From: Escherichia coli
GTDB taxonomy: Bacteria; Pseudomonadota; Gammaproteobacteria; Enterobacterales; Enterobacteriaceae
Length of the DNA: 64,000 bases
Direction: 5' to 3' (one strand)
Assembly: GCF_050920415.1 (NCBI RefSeq)
Contig: NZ_CP169309.1
Part shown: positions 10,356 to 21,947 of the stretch, in pieces
Layout: every line of letters starts with the position of its first letter
How positions within the stretch are numbered: the stretch's first letter is position 1
Program-made: the position numbers and the translations under genes
The notes under the pieces: model-generated
Told to the model about the DNA's origin: nothing
Databases searched by the model: none
Seen by the model: only the letters and a program-made list of their open reading frames with translations

Positions 10356-12452
10356 TTACTCAATGCGTACAAAAAGACCGATATAGCCACGCGTTGTATC
10401 GTGACTAATGCGGGTCCCCGAAAGCGCCGTGTAACGACCGGGGAAGTTGTATTCACCAGCACCGCCAATCACAACCTGCGGTGAGGATGCGTATGTCCCT
10501 GTATCGCTAACCCGTGCACTCATAGCCAGAGGGCCAAGACGGGAACCCGGCACAATATCACCGAGCCCCAGAGACGCATCTGCACCAAAACTCTCCCCCT
10601 GATATGCCGCCATAATCGGCACACCAACGGCCGGGTATTTATAATATGAGCCTGAGCCCGCCATCCTGGACAGCAGGTACGCCAGTGAATCTCCGTCGTA
10701 TACAACTACCCGCGATGACATGTTCCAGCTGTTATCGCTGTCGTTGTACCGGTACTGCATATAGTGAATACAGTGTTCACCCTGATAATACTGGTTGTAG
10801 CACATCAGGGTTTTAAATTTGCGGACTGTGTCGGATTCACTGTTGGCGTACGGTGACCACATCACATCAATAATGCCGTTAAATTGCGTGGTACCGGTAA
10901 GCAGTTGCGAGGAGTCTGTAATACTGACCGCATACCGCCCCGGCGTGACTTTCTTCAACCACTCAACGAAATCAGACAGCCCCTCAAACGCCAGAGCGTC
11001 AGTGCTGGTGAATGCCTGTCCAAACCCATACATCCCGGACAGGGCCAGCCTGCCCGGTGTGCGGTCACGGATATCACTCTGGGGTTCCATCGTCGCAGCC
11101 GCGTTCAGCTCAAGCTCCGTGCGCATGGCTTCAGCCGTGTCATGCGCCAGTAATGCGCGGCCCTTCTCTGACAGCAGAGACAGTGAGGCATTCCCGTCTG
11201 TATTGAAGTACAGAAGATTATCTGCCCGTTGCGTCAGTGCGCTGATTGCCGTTAAGACGTCATTAAGCGGTTGTTTGCCTGCCAGCGCGTTTGTGATTGT
11301 CGTCGCAAAGTTCGGGTCATTGCCCAGCGCCGCAGCCAGTTCGTTCAGGGTGTCCAGAACTTCCGGTGACGAATCAACCAGCGCAGCAAGCAGTTTGCGC
11401 ACAAACGCCGCGTTCGCTGCTTCCAGACCGGCGGCATCATCCTGTGGGGTTGGGGTGGTTGGGGTGCCGGTGAAGGCCGGGCTGTCCAGTGGCGCTTTTG
11501 TTTTCGTCTCCTCCATGACGGTTTTGACAGCCTTTGGCGTGGCAGCCAGTTCCTCGCTGTCGTTATCCGTGTCACTACAGAGTTGCACCAGACCTTTTTC
11601 TGTCGTGGAGGCATTTGTTGCATTCAGGTCATCAACTATCTGCTGCGTCTCATCCCTGTACTGTTTCGCTTCCTGCGCATTGTCTGCACCTGCATCCTGG
11701 CTGGCTTTAGCCTGTCGGGCGTATTCGGCGGCACTGTTTTTGTGCCCCAGCGCCGCATTTGCCGACAGTTCTGAACTGGTCGCTGCTGATGATGCGGCAT
11801 TATGATAAAGGCGGGCGCGTTCGGCGGCATCGACTGATTCGTCCCGCGCTGTGCCTGATGACTGTGCGCTGTTTTCTGCCTCACCCGCAAAACGTTCCGC
11901 ATCATCACGGGCCGTTGCGGTTGTCGTCACATCCTGTGCCGTCTGCTGTGCGTTTCCGGCTGCAGCTTCGGCGCTCTGCTGTGTCTGATTTTTTAGCTCT
12001 TCTGCCTCATCCTTACTAACCGCCGCAGATGTTGCTGCATTGATTGCATCATCAGCAGCTGTTTCTGCTCTCTCCCTGTCACTGACCACCTGCTCAGACA
12101 AGCGAACAACGGTATTTACCATTTCCTCAAAACGCTTCATTACCTCAGGGCGTAAATCACCCTCCTTTGGTGCATCCAGAAAAGCATTCAGCGTATCCGG
12201 CTCATCTGTCGGTGCAACATAAATTTCCCCCGCCTTTACAGGAGGATGCCCTGAGCGGGACAAAAATACATCATAAAATCCCGGCTCAGCATTAATAGTA
12301 TACCCGCCATCACTTCCCGTAAGACAGGTTGCCACAATATTAACCACAACTGTCGGACTGGTTCTTCTGGCTCGCAATTCAATCGCACAGTTTACGACAG
12401 GCTCACCTGCTCCGTCCTTCAGGACACCTGAAATCTTTACTGCCATATTCAC
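10356..12452 (-). CDS. stf: side tail fiber protein (Stf)
   Basis: N-terminus MAVKISGVLKDGAGEPVVNCAIELRARRTSPTVVVN... as lambda Stf; Ala/Ser-rich coiled region; conserved ...NALAGKQP... block. Confidence 0.85.
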   Translation of the reverse strand: MNMAVKISGVLKDGAGEPVVNCAIELRARRTSPTVVVNIVATCLTGSDGGYTINAEPGFYDVFLSRSGHPPVKAGEIYVAPTDEPDTLNAFLDAPKEGDLRPEVMKRFEEMVNTVVRLSEQVVSDRERAETAADDAINAATSAAVSKDEAEELKNQTQQSAEAAAGNAQQTAQDVTTTATARDDAERFAGEAENSAQSSGTARDESVDAAERARLYHNAASSAATSSELSANAALGHKNSAAEYARQAKASQDAGADNAQEAKQYRDETQQIVDDLNATNASTTEKGLVQLCSDTDNDSEELAATPKAVKTVMEETKTKAPLDSPAFTGTPTTPTPQDDAAGLEAANAAFVRKLLAALVDSSPEVLDTLNELAAALGNDPNFATTITNALAGKQPLNDVLTAISALTQRADNLLYFNTDGNASLSLLSEKGRALLAHDTAEAMRTELELNAAATMEPQSDIRDRTPGRLALSGMYGFGQAFTSTDALAFEGLSDFVEWLKKVTPGRYAVSITDSSQLLTGTTQFNGIIDVMWSPYANSESDTVRKFKTLMCYNQYYQGEHCIHYMQYRYNDSDNSWNMSSRVVVYDGDSLAYLLSRMAGSGSYYKYPAVGVPIMAAYQGESFGADASLGLGDIVPGSRLGPLAMSARVSDTGTYASSPQVVIGGAGEYNFPGRYTALSGTRISHDTTRGYIGLFVRIE

Positions 12453-12511
12453 CCCACAAAAAAGCCCGCCTGAACCCGGCGGGCTGTCATAACACTGTGT
12501 TACCTGGCTAA

Positions 12512-13111
12512 TCAGAACTTATAACCGACACCCACGATGAAACCGTCAGTGCGCCAGTCGCCACTGCCGGAGCCTTCATAAGCAATATCAATAGCCACGG
12601 ATTCGGTCGGGTTAAACTGCACGCCAGCTCCCCACGCCAGAGACGTGTTGCTGTGGCGACCGTCATCACTTCCGGTCAGCACATCGTGCGTTTTCCCCTT
12701 ATTGTCAGTTACGCGGAGATAATCCCCGGAGAAAGTCGACACACGGCTGTAAGCCACACCCGCCATCGCATACGCGCTGAACCATTCATTCACGCGCACA
12801 GACGGCCCCGCCATTACGCTGAACCAGCGGTTACGAACGGAATCTTCATGCCAGCGGGTATCGCTGTAACGGGTCAGCTGGCGATTCTTGTCTCCTGCAT
12901 AGCTGAATGACGTCACCATACCCAGTGTGTCCGTAAACTCATAACGGTATTTCACGTTAATCCCGTTCAGATCATCGCTGCCGGGAACGTTCGTCGAGAC
13001 ATGAAGATACCCCGCGCTCAGCGTGGACTGATGTTCAGACGCCCATGCAGGCGCACCGGATAAGGCCAGACAAATGGCTGCGGACAAAATGGCGGCATAA
13101 AGTTTACGCAT
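12512..13111 (-). CDS. lom: Lom/Ail-family outer membrane protein
   Basis: C-terminus DIAYEGSGSGDWRTDGFIVGVGYKF identical to lambda Lom; signal peptide. Confidence 0.85.
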   Translation of the reverse strand: MRKLYAAILSAAICLALSGAPAWASEHQSTLSAGYLHVSTNVPGSDDLNGINVKYRYEFTDTLGMVTSFSYAGDKNRQLTRYSDTRWHEDSVRNRWFSVMAGPSVRVNEWFSAYAMAGVAYSRVSTFSGDYLRVTDNKGKTHDVLTGSDDGRHSNTSLAWGAGVQFNPTESVAIDIAYEGSGSGDWRTDGFIVGVGYKF

Positions 13112-13177
13112 AATTACCTCTCGCTTTTCTGCAATAAAAAAGGCGTCATTTCTGACGCCCGTTATGGGTTATAAAAT

Positions 13178-16100
13178 TCAGCTGATACTGATACCTGCTG
13201 TGGATTTCTTCATCACCACAACCAGCAGATCGCTGATACTGGTTGTTGGTGTCCAGTTATTCGCTCCTGATGAAGATACGGTGAATGTCAGTGTCAGCGT
13301 CCCCTGTCCGGCAGGCATATCTATAACTGAGGAAAATACGCCCTGAGCATCCGTCGTGGACTGATTAAAAATCTCCTGACCATTGCGGGTCACTCTTAAC
13401 CGGCAGGTTGAATACCAGTATGACTGTTGGTTATTACTGTTGAAATTCTCATGCTTACCACCACGGAACAACACTGGCGGTATCATGACCTGCCGGTCAA
13501 ATTTCTGATCATCACTGATTCTTACCGTGATGGTGCCACTGGCATAACTGTTCGTGCGGGGGAAAGACTTGCTGACCGTTTTGACAATATCGCCTTCAAT
13601 CTGGTTGGCTGACAGTTTCCCCTTAATCTGACAGTTCTCATTTATCGTGACGTTGTTGAGCGTCCCGGAGTTCGCATTCACGTTACCGCTGATATCGGCA
13701 TTTTTAGCGGTCAGCTTTCCGTCCGGTGTCAGGGAAAATGCAGGAGGATTACCGCCGCTGGTAATGGTGGGAGCCGTCAGATATTTCAGGAACACTTCAT
13801 TCATGAATATCTGATCACCCTGACCAACAAACATCGGTTTTGTGTTGCCATTTGCAGGATTAATCATCGCAATCCTGTCTGCCGCCAGCAGCACCTGACT
13901 CTGCATGCCGTCGGGGGTGTTCTCAATACCGGCACCGATACCCGCAATATAAAGGCGACCATCCTGCATCTGCTGCAGTTTCACGGCCCACATACTGTTC
14001 AGGTTATTACTGGTGTCCGTCTGAACCTTTTGTATCTGCTGGATGGTGGCCTCCTGATCTCCCAGCTTCTGGTCCGTTGTCGTCATGATTTCACTGCTTT
14101 TTTGATCCACATACTGGCGAACCTGCGCTATCTGGCGTGCATTCTCCTCATTACTCTGACTGACCGTCTGCGTGAGTTCGCTGCTGACGTTATCCACTCT
14201 CTGGCTCACCTGTGATATACCCAGTGACAGCTCATCATTTTTTTTCGCAACCAGCTGTGTGAGGCTGTTTTCTGTCTCCCCGATTTTTTGGGTCACTTCA
14301 GCAATATCACTCTCTATCTGCTGATTGATCTCATCCTCCAGTTGCTCAACTTCACTGCGCAATGCCGAGGCATTAATACGATCGTTCAGCTCCTGCCCCA
14401 GCAGGGTGCTGTTTATTTTCCCTTCAAAAAAATTGAGATACACCTCAGCATCATTAACCGGCTGGCCAACAGCTTCCACAAACGCTGATTTACCGACGAT
14501 GTTCACACTGCGGATATAAAAGTAATAATCATGGCCCGGCCTGATATTAATACTGGCAGCTGTCCAGTACATCGCCGTACCAAGATAGCGGGCTGTGGTT
14601 TCAACCTGCCGGATATCCGTAATCTGATTTTCCGAGAACCAGAACTCAAACTGCACCGTCGGGTCATACACCGCAAGACGCGGGACTGCCGTTATCTGAA
14701 AATACCCCGGTATCAGTTCAATCTGTGACGGCGCTGCCGGGGCGTTAATCCGGAATGAGGTGGTGGCGGGTTCCCCCTGCTGGCCATAACTGTTTATCGC
14801 CCGCACCGTCAGGGTGTATTCCCCCAGTGGCAGACCACTGAAACGGTGCGCCGTGTCTGCAGTGATGGCGTTGGTCACCAGACGGCTGTCTTCACCGCTT
14901 CCACGGTTCAGGCGCAGACTGAAGCGCACACCCTTCACCACCCGCGGCGTGTCCCATTTCGCCTGCGCCAGATACTGGCCATCATCCGCGCTCACCTCCA
15001 CCGTGAGGTGCTGCACTGCCGGAGGAGTGACGCTGTTCAGGGAGCCGGACAGCGGCTCAAAGGTGGCCCCGTTATCCACAATGGCTTCTTTTTCCGGTAC
15101 GTGCTGCACCGCCGTGATGGCAAAGGTGCCGTCCGTGTTTTCCCGGATGGCCACACAGCGGAACAGGCGACGTCGAAGGCCGGGAATTTTCAGCCCCCAT
15201 ACCCCGTATGTCGCCACGCCATCAGGCAGGGCGCTGACCTGTATCCGGTCAGGAGCAGGCTGTGCCGTGATGTCCACACTCACCGGCTTACCGCTGCCAT
15301 TAATCAGGTTCACCGTGGCGGTACCGGTCTCCGGAAGCGTCACCTCCCGGTCCAGCGTCAGGGTGAGACTGGCGGCATCGATGTTCAGAATGCGCCCGCC
15401 GGTCAGGGTCCCGGCGTAGTCGTTATCACAGACTTCAATGATGTCACCGGGCGTGTGGCGCAGCCCCTGTGATCCGAGCGTGAAATCCACCGTCTGCGTT
15501 TCCAGCAGTTCGGTCTTTATCACCCACAGTCCGGCACGGTGAGCCTGACCGCGACTGGTACAGCCGAACGCATCCATCTTCAGCAGATTACGTCCGTAGC
15601 GCAGTATGGCTTCCGGGTCTTCCACCAGTTCAGTGGAGGTCTGCCAACCGTTCTGCGGGTCGGTGTAATTCACCTCCACCGCCGTGTGCCGGTCCTTCAG
15701 GGCGCTGAAGCTGTAGCGGAAGCCCACACCGTTATCATCCACCACCACATCGCTGTTGGTGTAGGGCCACACCACATCCGACGGGCGGTCCTGCACGAAC
15801 GTCAGCGTCTGCCCGTTCCATACCGGCATACAGCGCATCGCCGAGCAGAAATCACTGAGCACATCCCACGCCTTACGCTGTTGTGACAGGTACGCATTAA
15901 ACGTCATCCGCGGTTCGGTCCCCCCGAAGCCATCCGGCACCGGCTGGTCGCAGTACTGCGCAATGGCATACAGAGCCCATTTGTCCACGTCTGCGGCCCC
16001 CAGACGTTTCCCCATCCCGTAGCGCGGGTGGGTCAGCATGTCCCACAGGCACCAGGCCGGGTTGTTGCTCCAGGCCGGTTTCATACACCCGTCCCAGATA

Positions 16101-16873
16101 CCGCTGTAAGTACGTTTTTCCGGGTCATAGTTTGACGGCACCTGAATGATGCGACCGCGGATATGGTAGTTCACAGTTATCTGCTGACCGCCAAACTGCT
16201 CCGCATCCACCTGCAGGCCCACAATGGCCGTGTTCGGGTAGCACTGTTCCACATCGATGATTTCGGTGTATGACGACCACAGCGTTCTGTTCTGCAGCTG
16301 GTCCGTGGTGCTGTCAGCCGTCTCCCTGACCATCCGGATGTTAAAGGGGCGCTCAGGCAGATTATTCAGAATCACCGACGTCAGGTACTGCGAGGTGGTC
16401 TTACCGTTAATGGTGACATCCTTTTCCGTCACCCAGCTACCGTTACGCTGCAGCTGAATCAGCAGACGAACAGAAGCCGGATTACGGTCGCCCCTGGAGG
16501 TGGTCTCCACCAGTGACTGTACCCCGAAGGTGACCCGCAGGCGGTCAATGTTCGCGGACGTGATGGTACGCGTCACCGGCTTTGCCTTCGTCACTTCCAC
16601 ACCCAGCGCAGTTTCAGCCCCGGAGGACTCAAAACCTTCCGGCGGGGTCTGCTCCTGCTCCCCGGCGCGCCAGACGGCGGTCACACCGTGTATCACGGGA
16701 TTGCCGTCCGTGTCCGTCAGCGGGGTTTTATTCACCAGGATACTCTGCAGTCCCTTCACCGGGCCTTCTATCGGTCCCTCTCCAATCGCATCAATCACGC
16801 TCATCATCTGCGTGGACTTAAGATTGTCCTTTGCCTCAACTGGCGTGTGCGCCTTGCCGCCACCTTTTCCCAT
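13178..16873 (-). CDS. J: host-specificity / central tail fiber protein J
   Basis: [39 protein letters not shown]... collinear with lambda J; ~1231 aa. Confidence 0.9.
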   Translation of the reverse strand: MGKGGGKAHTPVEAKDNLKSTQMMSVIDAIGEGPIEGPVKGLQSILVNKTPLTDTDGNPVIHGVTAVWRAGEQEQTPPEGFESSGAETALGVEVTKAKPVTRTITSANIDRLRVTFGVQSLVETTSRGDRNPASVRLLIQLQRNGSWVTEKDVTINGKTTSQYLTSVILNNLPERPFNIRMVRETADSTTDQLQNRTLWSSYTEIIDVEQCYPNTAIVGLQVDAEQFGGQQITVNYHIRGRIIQVPSNYDPEKRTYSGIWDGCMKPAWSNNPAWCLWDMLTHPRYGMGKRLGAADVDKWALYAIAQYCDQPVPDGFGGTEPRMTFNAYLSQQRKAWDVLSDFCSAMRCMPVWNGQTLTFVQDRPSDVVWPYTNSDVVVDDNGVGFRYSFSALKDRHTAVEVNYTDPQNGWQTSTELVEDPEAILRYGRNLLKMDAFGCTSRGQAHRAGLWVIKTELLETQTVDFTLGSQGLRHTPGDIIEVCDNDYAGTLTGGRILNIDAASLTLTLDREVTLPETGTATVNLINGSGKPVSVDITAQPAPDRIQVSALPDGVATYGVWGLKIPGLRRRLFRCVAIRENTDGTFAITAVQHVPEKEAIVDNGATFEPLSGSLNSVTPPAVQHLTVEVSADDGQYLAQAKWDTPRVVKGVRFSLRLNRGSGEDSRLVTNAITADTAHRFSGLPLGEYTLTVRAINSYGQQGEPATTSFRINAPAAPSQIELIPGYFQITAVPRLAVYDPTVQFEFWFSENQITDIRQVETTARYLGTAMYWTAASINIRPGHDYYFYIRSVNIVGKSAFVEAVGQPVNDAEVYLNFFEGKINSTLLGQELNDRINASALRSEVEQLEDEINQQIESDIAEVTQKIGETENSLTQLVAKKNDELSLGISQVSQRVDNVSSELTQTVSQSNEENARQIAQVRQYVDQKSSEIMTTTDQKLGDQEATIQQIQKVQTDTSNNLNSMWAVKLQQMQDGRLYIAGIGAGIENTPDGMQSQVLLAADRIAMINPANGNTKPMFVGQGDQIFMNEVFLKYLTAPTITSGGNPPAFSLTPDGKLTAKNADISGNVNANSGTLNNVTINENCQIKGKLSANQIEGDIVKTVSKSFPRTNSYASGTITVRISDDQKFDRQVMIPPVLFRGGKHENFNSNNQQSYWYSTCRLRVTRNGQEIFNQSTTDAQGVFSSVIDMPAGQGTLTLTFTVSSSGANNWTPTTSISDLLVVVMKKSTAGISIS

Positions 16874-17116
16874 TGCCTCACCCTTTACTGTGATAACTGT
16901 TACGCACAAAAGAACAGGCCCCCCGGGGATGCCTGTATCATAATGACTGAATAAAAATTCTGAGTTTATTCACATTTCCGGAAACTGACGGTTGCAGGAA
17001 TAACTCCACATTTTTACAGTTCTTCAGCCTGATAAAGGCAATTGGTCAAAACTTAACTAATCAAGGTGACTATTCATTTCTCCCGTAATATTCGTGAGTA
17101 TTACGGGAGATTTTTT

Positions 17117-17761
17117 TTATCCTCTGCCGATAACCACCACTTTCCCGTCACCACCTTCATCACGGGTACTGATGTCCTGGGATATCCGTCGGGAACCAAC
17201 CAGCATTTCACCGTATGGCACCGGCACCGGATTACCCTGAGCAATCATATTGTCCAGCGAGGAAAAGTAGGTGTTCTGTCTGCCGTTATCCGTTGTCCGG
17301 TAATCCGGTGTTTTTGCCTTCGGGGCCAGCATCTGTGCCACCCCACCCAGCGCCATTGCAGTCCCCATGGCAAACATAATATTGCTGGCTGCAATACCGA
17401 TACCCGGCATCCAGATAGCTGCCGCAGCCAGCGCAACGCCAAGAACCGCCTGAAACACACCCCCACTTTTGGCTCCTTCAGTCCGGGGTACCAGATGAAT
17501 GACATCCCCCGGGCTCAGTGGCTCATGCAGTCGGGTCGATATCTGGTCCGGCGCAGTATCCTCACCGGCAATACGTACCCGGTACCAGCCTTCGGTCATC
17601 TGACGGCGGAATCCCGGCAGCTGCAGAGACAGCGCCCGGATGGCTTCCGCTGCCGTGTTCACATACAGGCTGAGGCGGCGGCCAAATCGTTGTAAATCCC
17701 CGTGAAGGCAGATGCGGACCAGTGGCGGTGATGCCAGACAGAATGCGTTCGTCGTTGCCAT
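17117..17761 (-). CDS. I: tail assembly protein I
   Basis: 214 aa, lambda I-like, position between K and J. Confidence 0.85.
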   Translation of the reverse strand: MATTNAFCLASPPLVRICLHGDLQRFGRRLSLYVNTAAEAIRALSLQLPGFRRQMTEGWYRVRIAGEDTAPDQISTRLHEPLSPGDVIHLVPRTEGAKSGGVFQAVLGVALAAAAIWMPGIGIAASNIMFAMGTAMALGGVAQMLAPKAKTPDYRTTDNGRQNTYFSSLDNMIAQGNPVPVPYGEMLVGSRRISQDISTRDEGGDGKVVVIGRG

Positions 17762-18402
17762 TTTTCAGAATACCTCTCCCGTTTACTCAGTTGTTCAGGT
17801 ATATGGTGAAGCAGTTCACCGTTACCGCAGTAAATGGCGGCGTGATTGGCCACCGATGCGCCAAAGCAGCACAGCAGGATATCGCCCGGCTGTGCAGAGG
17901 GCAGGGGCACCCGGTAAAAGCCCGTGGCCTCCATATTGTCCAGGTACAGGTTCTGGCCGTTGCGCCACCACTCATCCTCGCGCGCAAAATCCGGCAGCGT
18001 TATCCCTGCCAGATGGTATGCATCCCGGAACAGGGTGTAACAGTCCGTCACACCATGTTCAAAGCGCCGTCCGGTCAGGTGCGGCACACAGCGGAACTTG
18101 TGAATCGCCCCCCGGCAGACCAGCCACCAGGACAGGGCACTTTTCACCTGCAGCCGCCGGTCCGCCTCGCTCAGCCAGGGCAGACCACCGGGATGACTGT
18201 GGACCAGTGCCACAATCTCCCCCTGCATCTCTGCCCGCAGCCAGTCCTCCGGTGCAATACGAAAATATGCCTCAGGCTCTGCGGAGGTATTCACGCAGGG
18301 AAGATACCTGTCTCCCTCCGGCGTTCTCACCACGAAGCCGCACGACTCCGCAGGCGCACACCGCCGGGCATGCGCCAGAATCGCTGATTCAGTCTGTGTC
18401 AT
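17659..18402 (-). CDS. K: tail assembly protein K (NlpC/P60 and JAB/MPN)
   Basis: MTQTESAILAHARRCAPAESCGFVV... as lambda K; the 334-aa ORF is an upstream read-through. Confidence 0.85.
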   Translation of the reverse strand: MTQTESAILAHARRCAPAESCGFVVRTPEGDRYLPCVNTSAEPEAYFRIAPEDWLRAEMQGEIVALVHSHPGGLPWLSEADRRLQVKSALSWWLVCRGAIHKFRCVPHLTGRRFEHGVTDCYTLFRDAYHLAGITLPDFAREDEWWRNGQNLYLDNMEATGFYRVPLPSAQPGDILLCCFGASVANHAAIYCGNGELLHHIPEQLSKRERYSEKWQRRTHSVWHHRHWSASAFTGIYNDLAAASACM

Positions 18403-18412
18403 AAAATGGGAT

Positions 18413-19111
18413 TTACTGCGAAAGTTTATTAATGGAAAGGAAACCGCCAAAATTAGCGACCATGCCGCGCATCTCACACCCGCGCATGCACTTGCTGCAT
18501 TTGTCCTTACGGATATCTGTGGTGGGTTTATCGAACTCATCCGCCACTGCCGGACCGTTATACCCGCATTCATCTCCCCGGTAATCCCACATACAGGTAT
18601 TCGCCAGCATAATGCGACCGGGAAACAACGCCCCGTCCGTCTCGGTCGGAGTGGCCAGCACAAACGAGGCCGTCATGGCCGTCAGCTCTGACATCTGCTC
18701 CACCACCCAGCGGTCGCTCAGCTCCTGCTCCGGGTCCGCCTCCGGATTGCCCGCAACGAAATTCACCGCATCCAGAAAACGCGCATACACCCGGCGGCGG
18801 ACCACCGTTGCCCCCACCAGACTCTGCAGGTCCTCCGCCATCCCGGTGACAAGGCCAAACAGATTGGACACCGTCAGCGACGGTCTGGCACTGCTGCCCT
18901 TCCCGTTCATCTCAAAGCCGCTGCCGTCAATCGGGTATGCCTGATATTCCCGCCCCTGCCAGGTCACCGGCTCCCCTTTTTCATTCAGCTCATTGCAGAA
19001 AAAATACCGCTCACCGCCCTGCACCGTCAGGTCGATTTCCCAGAGTACCACCCGCGGTGACTGCTCTGATTTAACCGACTCGTTAAGACTTTCTTCGTGG
19101 ATATCCTGCAT
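18413..19111 (-). CDS. L: minor tail protein L
   Basis: MQDIHEESLNE...FGGFLSINKLSQ, lambda L. Confidence 0.9.
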   Translation of the reverse strand: MQDIHEESLNESVKSEQSPRVVLWEIDLTVQGGERYFFCNELNEKGEPVTWQGREYQAYPIDGSGFEMNGKGSSARPSLTVSNLFGLVTGMAEDLQSLVGATVVRRRVYARFLDAVNFVAGNPEADPEQELSDRWVVEQMSELTAMTASFVLATPTETDGALFPGRIMLANTCMWDYRGDECGYNGPAVADEFDKPTTDIRKDKCSKCMRGCEMRGMVANFGGFLSINKLSQ

Positions 19112-19440
19112 CAGTTCACCACCTGCTTAAACTCCGCGCTGAACTCAACGCGCAACATCCCGACCCGCGCAGACCACCCGGCACAGGTCACCTTTATCTG
19201 CCGGTATGCATAAGGCGGTGTCCACAGAAACGCCTTCCAGCCACCGTGCTCTGCCAGGAACGCCTCCAGATGCCGGGCCTCCTCCCGGGTCACGGAAAGC
19301 ATCACCCTGTATGTTTTCAGGTCAGCATTCAGTCCCGCCGCCATGCGCTGCGAATACCCGTCACCAAAACGCACTTCACGCACCGATGACTGCGAGTTCA
19401 CCTCCATATCCGGCTTCACTTTCCAGTGAAATGTTTTCAT
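19111..19440 (-). CDS. M: minor tail protein M
   Basis: 109 aa, lambda M position and similarity. Confidence 0.85.
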   Translation of the reverse strand: MKTFHWKVKPDMEVNSQSSVREVRFGDGYSQRMAAGLNADLKTYRVMLSVTREEARHLEAFLAEHGGWKAFLWTPPYAYRQIKVTCAGWSARVGMLRVEFSAEFKQVVN

Positions 19441-21947
19441 CGCCCGCTCCCTGATAACATACCGCCATCACGTAACTGCAGCCGGAGCTCATCCTGCGCC
19501 CCCTTACGGGCCATGTCATACACCGCTTTCATCAGCTGCGGCCCCGCCTGTCCGTTGATACCGTCGTTCTGAATCACCACGTGATTGTTCTGATTAAAAT
19601 TAATGCCTTCCACCCGCCGCATCTGCGCCGGACTTCCGGCACCACCCACATAACCACCTTCCGCATAGCCATGCATCAGGCGGTACAGGTTGCCGACGCC
19701 AATCCGGCTGGTCGCCTCCTTCGTGAAGACAAACTCCCCGCGGTGAACAATCCCCGCAGGCTCGTATTTGCCGCCAGTACCTGTAAAACCACCACCGGCA
19801 AACCCAATGGCACTACCGATACTCCCGACAATCCCCACCATTGCCTGCTTAAGCAGAATTTCTGTCATCATGGACAGCACGGAGCGGGTGAAGCTGCGCC
19901 AGTTCTGTTCACTGCCGGTCAGCATCGCCGCCATATTCTGCGCAATACCATCAAAGGTCTGCGTGGCCGCGCTTTTAACCTGCGAAAAACTGTCCATGGC
20001 ACTTTCCGCCCACTCACCCCAGCCGGATTTCAGCCCGACCATCCAGCTTCCACGAAGCTGCTCCTCCGCAGACCAGGTGTTCTTCAGTGCAGATGTGGCC
20101 TTCGCCAGCGCATCCGGATTATCACCGTACACGTCACGAAGGCGCTGCTCTTCCGACTCCCGCTGCGCCTGACGGTCGGTGAGGCCGCGGGCTTTTGCGC
20201 TGATGGCGGCCTGCTTCGCGCTCTGCTGCTGTTCAAACCGCGCCGCCTGCTGTGCCAGCTCATTCAGCCGTTTCTGGTGTTCAACCTTGTCGCCCAGGTC
20301 AGCCAGCTGGCGTTTGTACTCCAGCGTCTCTTTCTCATGGGCCAGCAGCGATTTTTCCTGCCCGGATAACTGCCGTTTCGTGGCGGCCTCTTTCAGGACC
20401 GCATACTGATTTTCCGCTTTCCATAAATCACGGCGCTGCTGGCTGATTTTCTCATTCGCACCGGCATGCTTCTCCAGCGTCCTGAGCTCAGTTTCAAGCG
20501 CCAGCATGGCTGCATGCGCCCGGTCTTCCTGACGCTCCCCGGCTGACACTTTGACACCTGACGACTTCGGTTTTTTCAGCGTCGATTCATAATCCTTTTT
20601 CGCCGCCGCCATCAGCGTGTTGTAATCCGCCTGCAGGATTTTCCCGTCTTTCAGGGCATTATTCAGCTCTTCCTGCCGGTCAGTATATTTCTCCAGTGGC
20701 GTCAGCAGGCGCTCATACGCCTTCTGCGCCTCTCCGGTATACTTCAGCTGTGACGCCTCACGCTCAGCCCGGTCCCTTGCCACCAGTTCACCGGCTTTTT
20801 CCATATCCGACTGCAGCGTGGCTGCCGCCAGCCCCAGACGGGCATTTTCACGGTCATCCCATGCACCCTGAAGGTTGGCACGGAAAGAGGAGGTCTTTCC
20901 CCGGCGCTGACTCCGGCTCTGGTACCACTGCCATTTTTTATCCGCCTCATCAAATGCCTTCTGCGCACTGGCGAGCATATCCGCTGAGGATTCAGGACGA
21001 CCGATATCCAGGATGGCATCCCACATCAATTTGAATGCCTTCCCGGTTTTATCCGCCCAGGTTTCCAGCGTCCCCATGTTTTCTTTCAGGCGACGGGTCT
21101 GCTCATCAAAGCCTTTTGTGGCGATATCGTTCGCCGCCTGTAAGGCCCCTGCCTCATCACCCGAACGCTGCAGCTGCGTAACATACGCAATCTGCTCTGC
21201 CGTCACGTTACGGAACTGGCGCGCCATAGCCATCAGTCCCGACGTCGGGTCGGTGGTCAGCTTTCCAAAAGCCTCTGCAACCTTGTCCACTTCCACACCG
21301 GATGCAGAAGCAAAACGCGCCACACTCTGGTTGATGGCATCAAACTGTTCACCACCACGCACACCGGCATTCACCAGGGCTGCCAGTGACTCACTCGCCT
21401 GGTTAAACGTCAGCCCTGCTGCCTGTCCGGCTCTGGAGAGCGTCAGCATGCGAGCGGCAGTCAGTCCGGACTGATTACCGGAAAGAACCAGGGTTTTATT
21501 AAACGCTGAAAGCATGGAATCCCCCTGGTACCAGGCATACGCCAGCGCACCTGTCGCCACCGCCAGCGAGGTGACCCCGACCATCGGCAGGGTGATCGCA
21601 CCGGCAAGCCCCCTGAACATGGGGAGCATCCCGCCGAAGGCGTCCTTCACCTGACCGCCCTGTTGCAGCAGAATAAGCCAGGGATTCTGACCACCGGCAA
21701 GCTGCGTGGCGATATCCGTAAACTGTGCAGGCAGGGTACGCATGGCCGCTTTATACTGCCCGACGGAAATCCCGGCTTTTTGTGCAGCCAGCGCCTGACG
21801 GCTCAGGCCCTGTTCAACAGCACTGGCGGTTTTTCTGGCGTCGGTATCCAGTCCTGAAAAATGACGCCTTACCCGGCTTATCTGCTCATCGAAACGGACC
21901 GCATCCAGACTCAGGTCAATAACAAGATCACCAACCGGCTGGGACAT
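19437..21947 (-). CDS. H: tail tape measure protein H
   Basis: 836 aa, coiled-coil rich, lambda H. Confidence 0.9.
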   Translation of the reverse strand: MSQPVGDLVIDLSLDAVRFDEQISRVRRHFSGLDTDARKTASAVEQGLSRQALAAQKAGISVGQYKAAMRTLPAQFTDIATQLAGGQNPWLILLQQGGQVKDAFGGMLPMFRGLAGAITLPMVGVTSLAVATGALAYAWYQGDSMLSAFNKTLVLSGNQSGLTAARMLTLSRAGQAAGLTFNQASESLAALVNAGVRGGEQFDAINQSVARFASASGVEVDKVAEAFGKLTTDPTSGLMAMARQFRNVTAEQIAYVTQLQRSGDEAGALQAANDIATKGFDEQTRRLKENMGTLETWADKTGKAFKLMWDAILDIGRPESSADMLASAQKAFDEADKKWQWYQSRSQRRGKTSSFRANLQGAWDDRENARLGLAAATLQSDMEKAGELVARDRAEREASQLKYTGEAQKAYERLLTPLEKYTDRQEELNNALKDGKILQADYNTLMAAAKKDYESTLKKPKSSGVKVSAGERQEDRAHAAMLALETELRTLEKHAGANEKISQQRRDLWKAENQYAVLKEAATKRQLSGQEKSLLAHEKETLEYKRQLADLGDKVEHQKRLNELAQQAARFEQQQSAKQAAISAKARGLTDRQAQRESEEQRLRDVYGDNPDALAKATSALKNTWSAEEQLRGSWMVGLKSGWGEWAESAMDSFSQVKSAATQTFDGIAQNMAAMLTGSEQNWRSFTRSVLSMMTEILLKQAMVGIVGSIGSAIGFAGGGFTGTGGKYEPAGIVHRGEFVFTKEATSRIGVGNLYRLMHGYAEGGYVGGAGSPAQMRRVEGINFNQNNHVVIQNDGINGQAGPQLMKAVYDMARKGAQDELRLQLRDGGMLSGSGR

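Noticed and set aside
10819-11805. 328-aa + strand ORF and many other 60-260-aa ORFs antisense to stf, J, H, B, A etc.
   Set aside because: Ala/Ser/Arg-rich antisense shadows of highly expressed GC-rich structural genes, with no RBS or synteny support.
17659-18663. 334-aa ORF for tail gene K
   Set aside because: The first 87 codons overlap gene I in another frame. Lambda K homology begins at MTQTESAIL (18402).
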